From positions 110,114,001 to 110,178,000 of the forward strand of contig NW_024704742.1 of NCBI RefSeq assembly GCF_018977255.1: DNA of 64,000 nucleotides. The letters are read 5' to 3'. The notes beneath the pieces were generated by a model. The model did no database searches and was not told where the DNA came from. It worked only from the letters and a program-made list of their open reading frames with translations. How positions within the stretch are numbered: position 1 is the first letter of the stretch; every line of letters starts with the position of its first letter. Of the stretch, positions 11,338 through 25,089 are shown in pieces. The position numbers and the translations under genes were made by a program. The DNA comes from Callorhinchus milii. Lineage: Eukaryota.

Positions 11338-13589
11338 TTATTAACTCAATTTATCTGTCAAACTGAAGGACTTGTGGACATCTAAATAAAATGGAAGGAA
11401 GTGAAGCTCCCTGACTTCCTGAGACTGAAGGTAACCATTCTTGCAATCAAAATGGTGGCTTTGGCAACAATTGGCATGACCTTATGTATTTAATCCCAAT
11501 GCTTAACTCGCAACTCAATGCCAAGCTGTTATACATCAAGGTGGAACCTCAATCTCAGGGAAAGACTGCGAGGATTTGGGAAAGTCTTTAATCAGGCTAG
11601 GGAGAACACAGATTTCACTATCCTTTACAAAATAGTGGCTTAGGTTTTTTTGCCGTGTGTCTGACACAGGAAGAAACCCAGGACGATGCTTAAGGCTATT
11701 CTAACCAGTCAGAGAATTACGCACATGTATGATCTTGTATGATGTATGCTACCTATGCATGAAAATGTCCTTACTTTAATGAAATACATTACTTTAAATG
11801 ACTTTAAATTAGTGTTCTAGGAGTTAGAAATAAAAAACTTGGATTCTCTCTAACTTTATTAAAAAATAAAAATAACCATATTCTAACTCTAAAATGTTTG
11901 GAGGGAAAAAACATTCTGAAGTCAGGGGGTGTTTTGTCTCAAACCTATTATTAAGGATGATAAAGCGTTCCTTAATGATCCCCAGCAATAATTAAAGAAT
12001 GGAATGCGTTTAGGAATAATGCAATTTTTACCCCATAGAGAGCTGTATTTTTTTCTCCTCCAATTCACTACAGCAAATATGTAATTTCTATAGCTTACCT
12101 TGAGATAATTCCATCTAACCCTTCAATAAACTTTACATTACAACAAAATCCCTATGTTTGCACTTCAATATAATTTTAGGAACTGGTAATGTGCATTTGT
12201 AGCCTTTTTGCCCTGCTTTGTACAATGCTTGTAGGATCTGCTGGTTAGCCTGGACAATAATTTATACCTAACAAAGGCCTCAACAGCTCAGCAATAGAGG
12301 AATGTCAAAACGTTCACATTTCACACACAGATGTGAAGCCCATAATGGCCTATAAGAAGGTACATGTGCTCACTGGCTGGGTAAAACTATAACAGTTGCC
12401 AGCAGGGCCTTGCCCTACTGACCACGTTTAATCAGCGCTCCTGTAAATAATTCAGAATTGTCATTGTTCTTTGAAAATAATAAAGCGAAATGAGTACATT
12501 TCATCCATCTTGAAGCAATTTCTGTCAGGTTCAACTTCTTATGGGCTTGTGGGTGTATGTGTGTGTGTGTGGTGGAGGAGGGGGGGGCAACACTGAGCAC
12601 CTGAATTTAGTTCACAACTCTGCCATGTCAATGCCAGTCGCTTTTCATGAGGTTTGTGTTTGAAATTGTGCTGTTCTACAATTTTACAACCCTTTCTATT
12701 GAGAAAAACTATTTAACATAACACACTCTTAAGAAGTTATTATGCCTCTAAAAATCCATTGAAAAGGTATTATTGGAGTAAAATAGAAAATGGTTCACTG
12801 CATTTTAAAGGAGCTACAAAAAAAGTCAATCCGATCCTGCACAGTATCCTCAGTTTAAAGCACTCTTGAGAGCACTTCTAGGAATTATCAGAATAATTAC
12901 AAAAAAGAAATGCTTCACAAAATGTTTGTACTTATTCTGCACAGATCTAAATTGTAGCAATGTCTATTTTCCCCTTTAATAAGAGAGGAAGGGCTCTACT
13001 GTATTGCACTGCAGCATATTACTTGACTATTAATTCACAATTCTTGTTGAATTGATTATTTTCTCCACTGCAAGGCATACACCTCTAAGAAATAATGACC
13101 ACTTACTGAACAGACTGTGATCGAAGTGATTAAACCACGGTCAGGCCTAAAGCTCAGCTGCAGGCCATCTCAGAATCATGGCACTACGTTTGCAGATGGT
13201 CTCAACATGGGCCCTAAATTCTGCTCATTCAGTCACCATGAACTCATTTGCTGATCTGCAGATACCTTTGGCTTTATTTATTTATTTGTTTTTTTTCAAT
13301 AGCAGTCTGGTTCCTTATTGGAAAAGAACAATCTATAGAATATTAATGGAAAGATTGTGTCCATGTGTAAAAGCTTGTTTAATTTATTCTCTCCTAAGCC
13401 ATTTGATCCCCACTAAAGTTTCCTTATGACAAGGTAATTTGCGAATTTAACAAACTTGTCCTAATTATGATTTCCATTAAAAATTCCCTGTCCACCTGCA
13501 TTCTCCAGAATATCAGCCACCAACAACTAAATACATTGAGTAACCTGTTTTCTTATTTCTCCCATCTGGGAAGCAAATGGAACAACATC

Positions 13590-13990
13590 ATGGTGTTCAG
13601 TTGGTTCAGGTATCAGCTTGCCTCTAGGTCAGAAGGTTTTGGCCTTCAATTCTACATTAGGACTTTGAGCACACATTCCTAGCTGACATTCACTGTGATA
13701 GTGGGAGAATATTGCTTTAGCAGAGGTACTGCTCTTTGGATTTTAAACCAAAGTTCCTGTTCACGTGGACATCAAAGATTACCTTGGTCAATCAAAAAAA
13801 AGCTGTTTCTCATTATGTCCTAGCCAACAATACTCCAAATAAAATTGGAATACTTGGCTCTTTGTGGAACATAAATTGGCAGCCATATATACTTACAAAT
13901 ATACAATCACCACATTTCTCAACAAACTCCTGAGAAGCACTTTGAGTCATCTTGACGACTTGATATGGCGTTATATCAAATGCAATGATT
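13590..13990 (+). mobile_element. Old Deu-domain SINE, near full length, diverged
   Basis: tRNA-like head, GCTGACATTC..GTGGACATCAAAGAT..TGTCCTAGCCAACA core, L2-like tail TATATCAAATGCAA. Confidence 0.7.
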
Positions 13991-14210
13991 AAATTTGACA
14001 TGTTGTGATAATTATCACTGTCAATGAACCTTCTGCCCACAACATTTATAGTTAAGGCACCATTCTGGAAATCTATGGGATAGCAAGATCAATGGCAATT
14101 CATGTTGAGGCCCCATCATTGTGGTGGAATTGCGGGGAGGGGGATGCTTTGATACCTGTGAAAGGGGAGGTTGACCACTGTGAGCTGACCACATGGGAGG
14201 AATTTTTTGA

Positions 14211-14525
14211 TGATAATAATAATCCTTGCATTTGATATAGCGCTTTTCACATCTTCTAGACGTCTCAAAGCGCTCCACAGAATATGTTGCAAAGTGAATT
14301 GACTGTATATTTGTGGGCGAAACGCGGAGGCCAATTGCGCACAGCAGTGTCCCACAAACAGTCAAGGATTGAAAATGACCAATTTATTATTTATTTTTGT
14401 TTTGGAGGGATTATTATTAGGCATGTGGAGTAAGGAAACTTGCCCAAGGTTTCGCCCTGCCTGGAATTGAACCCAGGTGTCTCACTTGCAAGGTGAGTGT
14501 TTTAACCACTGAGCTACACGAATCC
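14211..14525 (-). mobile_element. Full-length short SINE
   Basis: Near-identical to 47233-47553. Confidence 0.92.
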
Positions 14526-14837
14526 TTGATATAGCGCCTTATCGCATCTTCGAGACTCTCAAAGCACGTTACAGAATATACTGTAAAGTGTAGTGACTGT
14601 ATATTTTTGGGGCAAAACACGGCAGCTAATTGCACACAGCAGTGTCCCACAAACAGTTGTGGATTGAGTGACCAAATTATCATTATTTTTTGAAGGGAAT
14701 ATTACCCCCAAAAAGCTGCTAGGTAAACAGAAGCATGTGGAGTAAGGAAATGCCCAATGTTTCGCCCTGCCCGGGAATCGAACCCAGGTCCTCTTGCTTG
14801 CGAGGCGAGTACTCTAACCACTGAGCTATAGGACTCC
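14526..14837 (-). mobile_element. SINE (long-type derivative) directly in tandem with the previous copy
   Basis: Second head ending GAGCTATAGGACTCC; carries the GCTAGGTAAACAG remnant of the long subfamily. Confidence 0.88.
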
Positions 14838-15904
14838 ATGATGTGATAATTAACATATTGCATGCCACATTTTTCATCCCAATTTCTGTTAGCTCGGAGA
14901 CCTGGTTTAAATTTGTAAGCTATTTTTAAAAAAAATTCACTTATGGTTTGGACAGGGTCATCTCACTCCAAATGGAAACAAGAAGCCTTGTCTGGCCCTT
15001 GTCCGCCCATTCCTTAAACTGATTTGAAACAAAAGTAGCCCTCGGCTCCCCTCCTCCTCTCAACCAGGTGCTTTTCAAAGTAACATGCCCTGGGGTTCCA
15101 AATCTGAAATGCACTCAATTTAACCTGTATAACAAACTATGTCACTCATCTTTCGTAATTCCTCTTCAAAATCATAGCTATTTATTGCATAGTTTATTCA
15201 TTTATGTTCCCACAGTAACGTTGCACCAAAGAGAAAAATATGGCCAGTCTTTTTTGTCAGTAATTACTCGTTTTGTTCATTTCATGTTAAGTATGTGTTA
15301 ACACGAAGAATTAACATTACTCTCATTGGTCTGTCTGGATGAGTGATGTGCTGGAGGTAGCCACTTTTGTCATACATTGCACCTTCAGAACTGCATTAAG
15401 GTGCTGCTTCAAAAGCTGATCATTAAAGTAATATATGAGTCAGTTAATTAATGATAATAATAATCATCGCATTCAATATAGCTCCCGTCCTTTCAGGTTC
15501 ATATCTTGAAGTGCTTGACAAGATTTACTGCAAAGTGAAGTAACCGTGTTTTTTGTAGGAAACAGTGATTTAGTAGATCCTTTACATATTTGATAATAAT
15601 TGGGAGAAACTGCAATCTTACAATTATCCTAATCAGCAAATAGTTTTGATTTCTTCCTCCTTCTTGAAGCTTGGGAACAGGGATCTGATTGTACACCAAC
15701 AATGACATTAGCTTGGTGCGCCATGGCTAATCTCGACTTCTTAATGACTACCACAATGCAAAACACTTAAGTGCTAAAATTTCCTGTGTGACAGTTTTAA
15801 TGCAAATTTAGACATGTGTAAATGGGGGTGAAATTTTGAGAGTTAAAGAAACATTGGAGAGAAAATTAATTATGTGATATGATAATTATCATTGGTGACT
15901 TATC

Positions 15905-16370
15905 AATTTATACAGTAGAATATCATGTCTTTCATACTGGGAGGATGTCTCAAAGTACTGGACAGGGAGTTCAAGCTGGGTGGGAGTGGAGAGAGCTGAG
16001 GATGGTAGGGGGAAAGATGACAAAAAATATGGTAGAAGAGGTAAATTGTAAGTTGGGCTTTAAAAGTGGGGAAAGAGGGGGCGAGATGGAAGCTCTGGGA
16101 TGGAGAGCAGAGACTGGATGCCTAAAAGCTTGTCCAGTGATGGTGGGATGGATCAGGTGGGGGATATGAAGCAGGCCAGTGATCACTGAGCAGAGGGAGC
16201 AGCTTCAGCAATTGGATTGGACAAGGACACATAGATAGAATGGGGCTAGGCCATGGAGCAATTTGAATGTGAGAACGAGCATTTTGAAATAATCGCTGGG
16301 AAATGGGAAGCTAGTGTAGCCGAGTGAGGATGCGGGTGAGAGGTTTGCGGAATATGGTGCAAAATAAGAT
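15905..16370 (-). mobile_element. L2 LINE 3' fragment
   Basis: Minus ORF ITGLLHIPHLIHPTITGQAF and an upstream LPIS..FKM-like segment resemble the L2 ORF2 C-terminus; decayed stem-loop tail. Confidence 0.75.
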
Positions 16371-17507
16371 TGTATATCAAAGGCAAGAATTATTATTATT
16401 ATAAAATTAGTGACAAGCCTTTTCTTTTTTCAAAATAAACTACTTCATTCAGTGACAATTAACAACAAGCAGCTGGCTGTGAGTTCAAGGCTTCGTTCAG
16501 TCTATGGGTTCTGCTGATATTCATAAGCCATTGAAGTCTTGCTCACATGACTTATAACATCATCGAAATGGGTTGGCTGATTTACAGCCTCGTAACTTGC
16601 CACCAGTCATTATATTAATCCTTGTGATTTAATTGCGATGAATTATCACGTCACTGGCTTGTGAAGTGTGCATTTACATCCATAAAGTAATTAAAATGTT
16701 AGGTTGTTTCACAAGAATGCAACATGCTGTTTCAAGCACCTGCAATGATGTGCATGAGTGTGAGGAGGAGGAGGAGGAGGGAGAAATAAGTTAAAATGTC
16801 AAATAGGTGTCATTCCCACTGTATCCCAAACCGTGGAAGAAACATGCTGTAAGTGGTGAGGGGTCACAGTGTGAATCATCTCACACTTCAGAACCCAGCG
16901 CTACAGCTGATAAGACTAGTAATTATTTTTTTCAATGACTGCAATAAAATATCTTTCAAAATAATAATAAATATGTCTCAGATGAAAGCAGCCATCTTTG
17001 CAATTGTATAATAAGAGAGACTCAAACCACCAATGCTATGCTACCACTATGCTAGCCCGAGGCGCTGAAGCTTGGTCCCGAAGGAGTTAAATTCCCAGCT
17101 CTAATGGGAGTGGCCCTTCTTACATTTGCATCTCATTACCACAGTTGTTCTTTTAGGCGTTTAAAAGTCACATGCTTTTGTTTTACGAAATGTGGTCACA
17201 GGCTATAATGAGCAAATTCTACGCAGGCATCTGTGCTGTTATTTGATCTCCAAAGATCTTAAAGGCTGGTATGCCCCAAAGAAAAAAAGCATACTGTACT
17301 ACATGCGTAATTACATTCATGACTCGATAATCTCATCATATTAGTCATGGGGAAATTCTGCTGGATAAACACGACAAATTTACATAGAGACTGAGATAAT
17401 GTTCTGCAAAATGATAGCTGATTATCAAAACTTTTGACTTAACCCTGTTAAGTCTGAACATATTTTGCAACTCGTGAAGTATGGGTATTCAAGCAAAATT
17501 AATAATT

Positions 17508-17595
17508 CTGTGTAGACACCACTCTAATAGCTCTGTGTGCACAATAATAAGAGCTCTGTGTAGACATCACTAAGATCTCTGTGTAGGCATCACTT
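17508..17595. repeat. Degenerate ~22-bp minisatellite, 4 units (CTCTGTGTAGACATCACT..)
   Basis: Directly visible repeated CTGTGT(A/G)(G/C)AC. Confidence 0.7.
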
Positions 17596-18329
17596 GGGTG
17601 GAATTACATACAAGCACAAAGCTCCACTGACATGGCTATTTCTAGTTTGGATTCATGTCGTGATGATCAAATCATTGAAATGACAAACCATCTCCTCAAG
17701 GTAGTTTCGGCAGGTGGTCTCCAGCATGATTCACTTTGGTTTCGAGGACATATAATCCAATTTACATTCTCTGTTTAAGAGTCCATTTTGCACCATTTTA
17801 GTTTTGAATTGATATGAAAAGCGCAGTATAAACAGCACATCAAAAAGCAAGAATAAGCCTGTATGTCTGAGGTGTGGAAATTAAATACATTTAAATATTA
17901 ATGTTATTCAATAGCTGCCAGGTTCGATCCCTGGTAATTTTACTCTCAAGACTTCCAACAGTTATGAGTCGCATTCTCCACTTGCTGCAGTTCTGCATAG
18001 GGACTTCCTTTGTGCTTGCATAAGTGTGAAAACGTTTTAAGCTTCACACAGATAATTACATTCACAAAATCCTTATCTGGCTCCTCTTTGTCATAAACAA
18101 TTACACCCAGTTTCTGGGTGCAATAAATTTGTTGTGGTAAAATAATCTACTGTTGTGCTAAAGTTGAAGAGGGGGTGGCTAGATGAAATGCAAGTCATTT
18201 GTTAGAGATGAAGAAAAGATTTTACATAACAAATTTGGTAATATATTCAATTGAATCACATGTTAAATTTGTTAAGAAACACCACATTTTTCACTGCAAT
18301 CTCTTTTTGGAAGGTTTTTGAAGGCAAGC

Positions 18330-19215
18330 AGAGAGGAAGCAAGGTGAAGGGAGTTCTGGAGAAGATTACCTAATTAGGGAAGGGTGAGACCATGAATGGG
18401 TTTGAAGGTTAGGACAAGATCTTATAGTTGAAACATTGGGATACTTAGAGGTAGTGGAGGCTGGCAAGAATGGGAGCAATGGCTGTGTGGAGCCTAGTGC
18501 AGGAGAACAGCAACACCAACAACAAATTACAACTGCCTAGAGCCCTTCACATTGGAAAGATGTCCCAGGACGCTGGACAGTCAGGGGTTTTTGGACCCGA
18601 GTTGGGGTCAGGAGAGGTGGAAGGCAGTGGTGGGGTTGGGGATGGGGGGTGGCCAAAGGCCTGGTTGAAGAGGAAGGGCTTTAGATGGAACTTGAAGGAG
18701 GCAAGAAAGGGTGGTGAGGTGGAGGGACTGCGGGATAGAGTTCCAGGGTGTGGGGGCAGAGATGCTGAATGCCCGACCACCAATGGTAGGGCGGAAAGTG
18801 CGGGGGACCTGAAGCAGGCCGGTGTCCGCCGAGTGGAGGGAGCGGCCAGGCTGATACAGGGTTTGGAAGTAGGAGAGGTAGGGGGGAGCAAGACCGTGGA
18901 GGGCTTTGAAGATGAAAATAGTGACATCACACTTTTGGATCAGTTGGCTCTTACGGAGGGTAGTGCTAAGGGGACCAGTGAGCAGAGCATTGATAAAATC
19001 TATCCTCTTGATTATGTGGGCATGAACAAGGGGGTGAGGTAAGAGCATTAGCAGGCAAAGATCCAGAGATGGAAAAAGGAGGTCTTAGCCATGGACCAGA
19101 TGTGCAGTTGTAAGCACAACTAGGGGTCAACCAGAATGCCAACACTGCGCACTGGCTGATTAAACCTCATCAAGCAGCCACAGAGTTTGATGGAGTTGGA
19201 GCTAGAGGTGAGAAG
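18330..19215 (-). mobile_element. Composite L2 LINE fragments (younger 3' end 18511-~18925 among older L2 sequence)
   Basis: Minus ORF ...RIDFINALL...IFKALHGLAPPYLS...IGGRAFSISAPTPWNSIP is the L2 ORF2 C-terminus; (CAA)n tail at 18511. Confidence 0.88.
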
Positions 19216-20528
19216 GCACCACTTCATACCACATTTCACACCTGTGAATCTGAATGCTAAAAGCATTTGCTTATTGCATTATCTCCTTTTTGAAAACCAA
19301 CTAAGTATTAGTAAAAAAAATCTAATCTACAATGTTACTGATTCAGACATATATTCATAGCCACTTTAAATTAAAAAATATAATTTGAGAATCCAATTTA
19401 CTTCTTTCCAACCAAAAAGTGCACAGTTAGTATTTTACAGTACACCTTTCCACCTGTACATGGGCACACTTGCATCGACATAATTAGCAGCAGGGAAACC
19501 AAGCTGCTTCTAAGGGACTCTGCAGACAGCCACATTGCTTCCTATTAGTGGTTAATTTCTGAATGTCAAAGACTGCACATCTTAATTTCAGGAGAATAAG
19601 CTCAATTGAACCTGCTCCACAGTTATGCAAAACTGCTCAGAAAATGAATGGACACCACAGTAATGAATGCAGTTATTAAATTGTTTCAATTGAAAGAACT
19701 CTATTCTTACACCATTATAATGGGAACAATTTATCCCCACTGATCGGCCTGTCTCTTTTTTCTGCACAGACTTTGATCTTACAGCATATTGCTGTGATGT
19801 GTCCTATTGAATAGTGAATCTGGGGCAATTTTAATGCTTTTGTACCTCACCAGTGCTCCATTTTTCCCTGTTTAAAAATAGCTGTTAATTATATCTGCCG
19901 TTTAAATGTCTCCAGTGACCCAGAAATGCAGGTTGGAATGAAACAGATTGTGCAATCTCATAGAAAACCAAGCCACGTTTCTTTACAACGAGAAAGGAGA
20001 AACATATATTTATTCCAGTTATTGAAACAAGGCATTAGTTTTTTTTAAAAATCATTGATTTTGAAATATGATGGGTGGGTAGACTAATGCTACGTTTGCA
20101 CAAATTCAAGCTATGCTAAGCATACTACAATGCACTTTTTATACTCGGCAGAATTTCATTGCATTTGGGTTTTCGTATTCTGACCTGACCTCAAATTTGA
20201 TAAAAAAAAGTTTCCTTCAACATTTTGATTAACCATAAAACCTATAGAGAGGTGAAGCAAGGCTTCATTATAATTTCCCCCGAATTTTCTCATTTCCACA
20301 GTGCCACAAACTTTTCTTTTACTTTGTGTTTGTCAGTTCCATGCCTGTCAATCAGGCGCCTTAAAGCTGAATGCTCCTCAGCCAATGATCTGCTTGTAAA
20401 TTTCAAGCCGGATTCGCCCTCTTAACCTGAACTTGTTGGTGTAACTAGTATCAGGCCTTTTACCCATTCACTTCAAACTACATGTAGGAAAATGAAGGCA
20501 CTGTCTTGCATGCACTTTTGTTAGACGT

Positions 20529-20845
20529 TAATAATAATAATAATCCTTGCATTTGATATAGCGCTTTTCACGTCAGGAGGACGTCCCAAAGCGCTTCACA
20601 GAATATACTGTAAAGTGAATTGACTGTATATTTGTGGGCGAACGCGGCAGCCAATTGCGCACAGCAATGTCCCACAAACAGTCGTAGATTGAAAATGACC
20701 AATTTATTATTGTTTTTGGTTTTGGAGGGATTATTATTAGGCGTGTGGAGTAAGGAAACTTGCCCAAGGTTTCGCCCTGCCTGGAATTTAACTCAGGTCT
20801 CTCGCTTGCAAAGCGAGTGCTCTAACCACTGAGCTACATGACTCC
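20529..20845 (-). mobile_element. Full-length short SINE, little diverged
   Basis: Complete head, body, stem-loop and (TAA)n tail with most CpGs intact. Confidence 0.93.
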
Positions 20846-21207
20846 ACTTATCTTTTGAGGAAATAAATTATAAAACAGATGAAAAAGCAGTTACGGAAAC
20901 AAAGCAAAACCTGAAAATCTGGAGCATTGTGTAAGTCATGGAAGCAACACAAAGTTGTCGATCCAGGCACATTGTTAGGATGAGGCTTCATATTTCAGTG
21001 GTTGTATCAGCTGGGAAAGTGCACACTTTGGTGTCCAGTGAGCACTGTTATGTACTTTGAGGTGTTCCCCTGATGTGAAAGGTGCTATTAAAATATAAAT
21101 TGTATTGTCCTGTATTAGAGATAGCAGCTATGAAGCAATGCAAAATATTCACAGTTGTCCTCCCACATGAGTGTGATACAGTGAAACAAAAATACAGATG
21201 AAACAAT

Positions 21208-21720
21208 TAAGTGAAATTCTGTAAATTGAACACTCAATTTGTATAAAATTATTCAATAAACCAAAGTATTCGTACAACCAGACTAAACATTAGAGGAGAC
21301 TCATCTCCCGGAGCTCAAGCTGCATGGCCTCCAAACACTCCTCCACCAATCTGACATGTCCTCACTATCACATGGCCAACTGCCCAATCAACGGCAAAGC
21401 GACCTCTGGGGAGTGAGGCGAGGGGAGGGGATAGGAGGAGAGAACGCTGACAACGTTCATACTGTACTGTAGACGGTAGTGATTTGGGACAATGCCTTTA
21501 TCCAGACTCAGATCGATTGTTATTTATATGAATGGTCACAGGGAAAATTATTTGATGAACCAAATTATTTGTATATCCTGTATTCAATGGTACTCAATTA
21601 ACCGATTTAAATTCTTAGATTAGGCATGCAAACGGATTGGGATTTCTAAATTCTATTCAATAAACCAAACTTATTATTATCCAATATTATCCGATATTCA
21701 ATTAATGGAATTTCATGGTA
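21208..21720. mobile_element. Possible Tc1/mariner (pogo/Tigger-type) MITE, ~510 bp
   Basis: Imperfect TIRs TGAAATTCTGTAAATTGAACA vs revcomp TGAAATTCCATTAATTGAATA (17/21), TA at the outer ends, internal repeat ATTCAATAAACCAAA near both ends. Confidence 0.4.
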
Positions 21721-22944
21721 GGTTATAAATTCAAAAAGGCATTCATTGCATTTTAAATGGTTATATTACAAATTGCCAAATAAGTTAATAAATGTTGTCA
21801 ACAATAATAACAACTTGCATTTATACAATGCCCTTCATGCAGGTAGTGTCTTGGAGTGGTTGGCAAAATAGGGAGCATTTATGAAACCGGCATTTCAACT
21901 ACTAAGCTCAGGGTCGTTTCACGTAACCTTAACTGAAACTATCTAAAAATCCCATACACAAAAAAGATGCAGGAAAGACAAACATTCTCTGTCAAATCCT
22001 TTAAAAGGTCAGCATGTTTTACAATAGTTTGTTATATTTCTTATGCATGCACTGGGGATAACTATGAAATACGAATAACATACATTATTTAAAATAATGT
22101 ACTGACTGATCCAAGTTATTATATCCTGGTAAATATGTCACAACTCTTAATTCTTTGATGTGGATTTCATAATATGACAAGATCAGAGGGACATTACAGA
22201 GGGAACTGGTTATCATTGTTTGCCATGACTGCCTCTGTCGTCAAAATATACAGATCCAAAACTAAATAAATGACCTTGCAATCTTCAGTGAGTACCAAAA
22301 AAATAATGCATACTCTGTAGTGATCACAAGCCTATAATCTCATCTCATCTCAGGGTTTAGATCACAGTTATAACGTGCTCTAACTTCATTTTCATGGCTT
22401 TCAATGCCACCTGAACCCCTCAATGAAATTACTACCTTGTAATCACTCCTAAGCATCTATTATCCACTATATAAACGGCACTTCACTTTGTCAAAGGTTG
22501 TTCGTTAATACCCCAGTTGTACAACATAGTTTGCTTCTATTCAATGTGTTTTGCACGTTGATTTGGCACTAAAAGTATATTTGAATTCCAGTTTAAGTAC
22601 CATTGACTGAATTTTGAAGTCTGCTCCTGAAATCAAATTGCTGCAAATACTACAAGCTGTTTCAATGGAGTCAATGCAAAGCAAACTTTTCAAAACTTTT
22701 TAAAAAATTAATTTTAAACATGCTGTACTGTTCAAATGGACTTCTATTAATGATTCTGAATGTTATTAGATAGCTTGGTGTGTGCTGGATTCTTAATATC
22801 TTTGTTACTTTATTGGTTGCTGATTAATGGGGCTTCTTAGGGTGAGAATGATTTGAAGCAATAAATAGAACTGTGATTTCCTGCTCCGAATTACTTACTA
22901 CATTAACTCCTTTGACTGATGCTTTGACTAATACTGGAAAATAA

Positions 22945-23203
22945 ATAATCCTTGCATCTAGTATTGTGCCTATATTGTCTTAAAGCTCTTGACTGTGCAT
23001 TTGTAGGCAAACATGGTAGCCTTGGGAACTTGTTTTAATGTCTTATCCGAAGAGCAGCACCTTTGATAATGGAGTGCTCCTCCAGGACTGAAGTGGAGTG
23101 TCAGCCTAGACTAGGAGATCAACGTTTTGATATGGGCCCTGAATCCACAAACTTGTAACCTGGAGGCAGGACAAGAATGCTATCAACTAAGCCAGGCTGA
23201 CAC
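22945..23203 (-). mobile_element. Old Deu-domain SINE with internal deletions
   Basis: TTTAATGTCTTATCCGAAGAGCAGCACC...GGAGTGTCAGCCTAGA...CAACTAAGCCA. Confidence 0.75.
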
Positions 23204-24052
23204 CTAAGAATCTTACGATTCCTAAGGTAGGATTCTTCAAGAGTTTAAGCAGCTATTACATTAATTTGTGGTATCCTGGAAAACCCATAAAAACAGAAAA
23301 CTATGTTGATTCCCTCCCTTATCTACACAGAGGCCACTGCTTTATATAAAATACTGAATTCACTACAGATAAGAGGGCACTGCATTCATTTAACAATAAG
23401 TCCCTGGATAAATTAGCAAGTTTTGAAGGTGAATCAGTCAAGAGTTCTGTAATTGTATCACCACATATTTATTAATGCTCCGCATTAACCCTAACCCTAA
23501 TTGGCAGCTGTCTTCAACAATTTTGCATAGACTGGTCTCTGCAATGGTGTTGGATAATGTGTACTTTGCAGATCATATTGATTGAGTCATGGCTTCATAA
23601 TAGAAAAGTATCTTATGAAATGTACTCAAAATGTTGCGGGCAGGAACCATGGCAAAATGTGCCTCTGAATTAGGGGTAACACCATATTAATTCATAAACA
23701 ATTGGAAGGTAGGAACAATGCAGACTGATACTAACATTCCTGTAGACTAATCCAATGAAAGAAGTTAGGCACCTGTAAGGCTTTTTTAACAAAAGGTTAT
23801 CTTGAGAAAAACAATTGTTCCACTCATAGGATATGTACCATTAATTTGTTAAATTAATCTTTAGGCACACACAGCTAAATATTGTATTTGTACTGAAATT
23901 CCTGCATGAAGTATGGTCATTTTGATCGTTCTGTTAGTTTTGAGTGAACTACATACTAGCAGCAACAGATTACAAAAGTCGATAAACATGGAGTGTCAAT
24001 CTTTTGATAACTACTTTATAAAGCCAGGTCTGCTTATGCGGTCTCTATTTGT

Positions 24053-24434
24053 GGAGTCCTGTAGCATATTGCTTAGAGCACTCACCTTGCAAGTGTGAGG
24101 ACCTGGGTTTGATTTCCAGACAGGACGAAGCATTAGGCAAGTTTTCTTATTGCTAGGTAAACAGAGGCGTATGGAATGAATAGTAATCTGGATGTTCGTT
24201 GATTGGCAGATCGCTTTTCGGGAGGTAATAATCCATTCAAAATAAATAAATAATAATAATTTGGTCACTCAATCCACAACTGTTTGTGGGCACTGCTGTG
24301 CCTAATTGGCTGCCGGATTTCGCCCACAAAATATACGGTCAATTCATTTTACAATATATTCTGCGAAGCGCTTTGAGATGTCTCGAAGATGTGACAAGCC
24401 ACTAAATCAAATGCAAGGATTATTTATTATTATT
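24053..24434 (+). mobile_element. Full-length long-subfamily SINE
   Basis: GGAGTCCTGTAGC head, extra internal segment (TTGGCAGATCGCTTTTCGGG), standard tail. Confidence 0.9.
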
Positions 24435-25089
24435 TTCAATTCAGCATATCTGCTTGAGGAGTTGAAATTCTAACCTCAGTTTGGACTTCATACATTACTA
24501 TATTGTGTATCATAACATTCATAGTTATTACACACCTTTTGTTTTCTTACAATCTCACTAACTGGCAGTTGAATGCCGCAATCTGTGAGCCAGAAATTCC
24601 ATGCTGTTTGCTTGGCTTCAAAGGTATCGCCATTGAGAATGAAGACAGCAAGTTCACCTCCGGCACATTCAATGTGATAAACGTCTTGCTAAATTGACCC
24701 CAATATCTCAAAACATAGAACCAATTACAGCCAGTCTGACTTGACTGGTTTCTTAACTGCACTCTTAAAAGTATTCAGTCCAGAAAAAGTTTCAGGAATA
24801 CTATGGTGTTTTCTTTCAGTGTTTGCAATCACTTCCTCGTAAGATTCCCAAACCGAAGAAGCACAGGATGACTCAACACTTTTGAATCACAGGCTTTAAA
24901 TCATTCTTTAAATCAGTGTCAAGATTGCAGTAAATTCCAAGATAAATAGATAATTTACTGTAATTGAATTTGATCTCAATGCTGTTTTCTGATTTGGAGG
25001 AACTCCTGATGTGGAGCGATTTATTTCTGCCTTTGATATGTGATCAGGAAGGTAAAATAGCCCAGCTTAGTTAAGAATTCTCTTGCATT

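Noticed and set aside
12098..12150. Minus-strand possible exon KFIEGLDGIIS with AAG|GTAAGC donor (vaguely RCC1-linker-like)
   Set aside because: No credible acceptor, and its phase does not fit the 3970-4007 exon.
17508..17595. CRISPR-like regular repeats
   Set aside because: Eukaryotic minisatellite with no unique spacers and no cas genes.
18470..19042. Longest ORF (190 aa, + strand)
   Set aside because: Antisense frame of L2 fragments; the Gly-rich composition follows from the purine-rich strand.
23487..23500. Interstitial telomeric repeat (TAACCC)2
   Set aside because: Only about two units, which is expected by chance.
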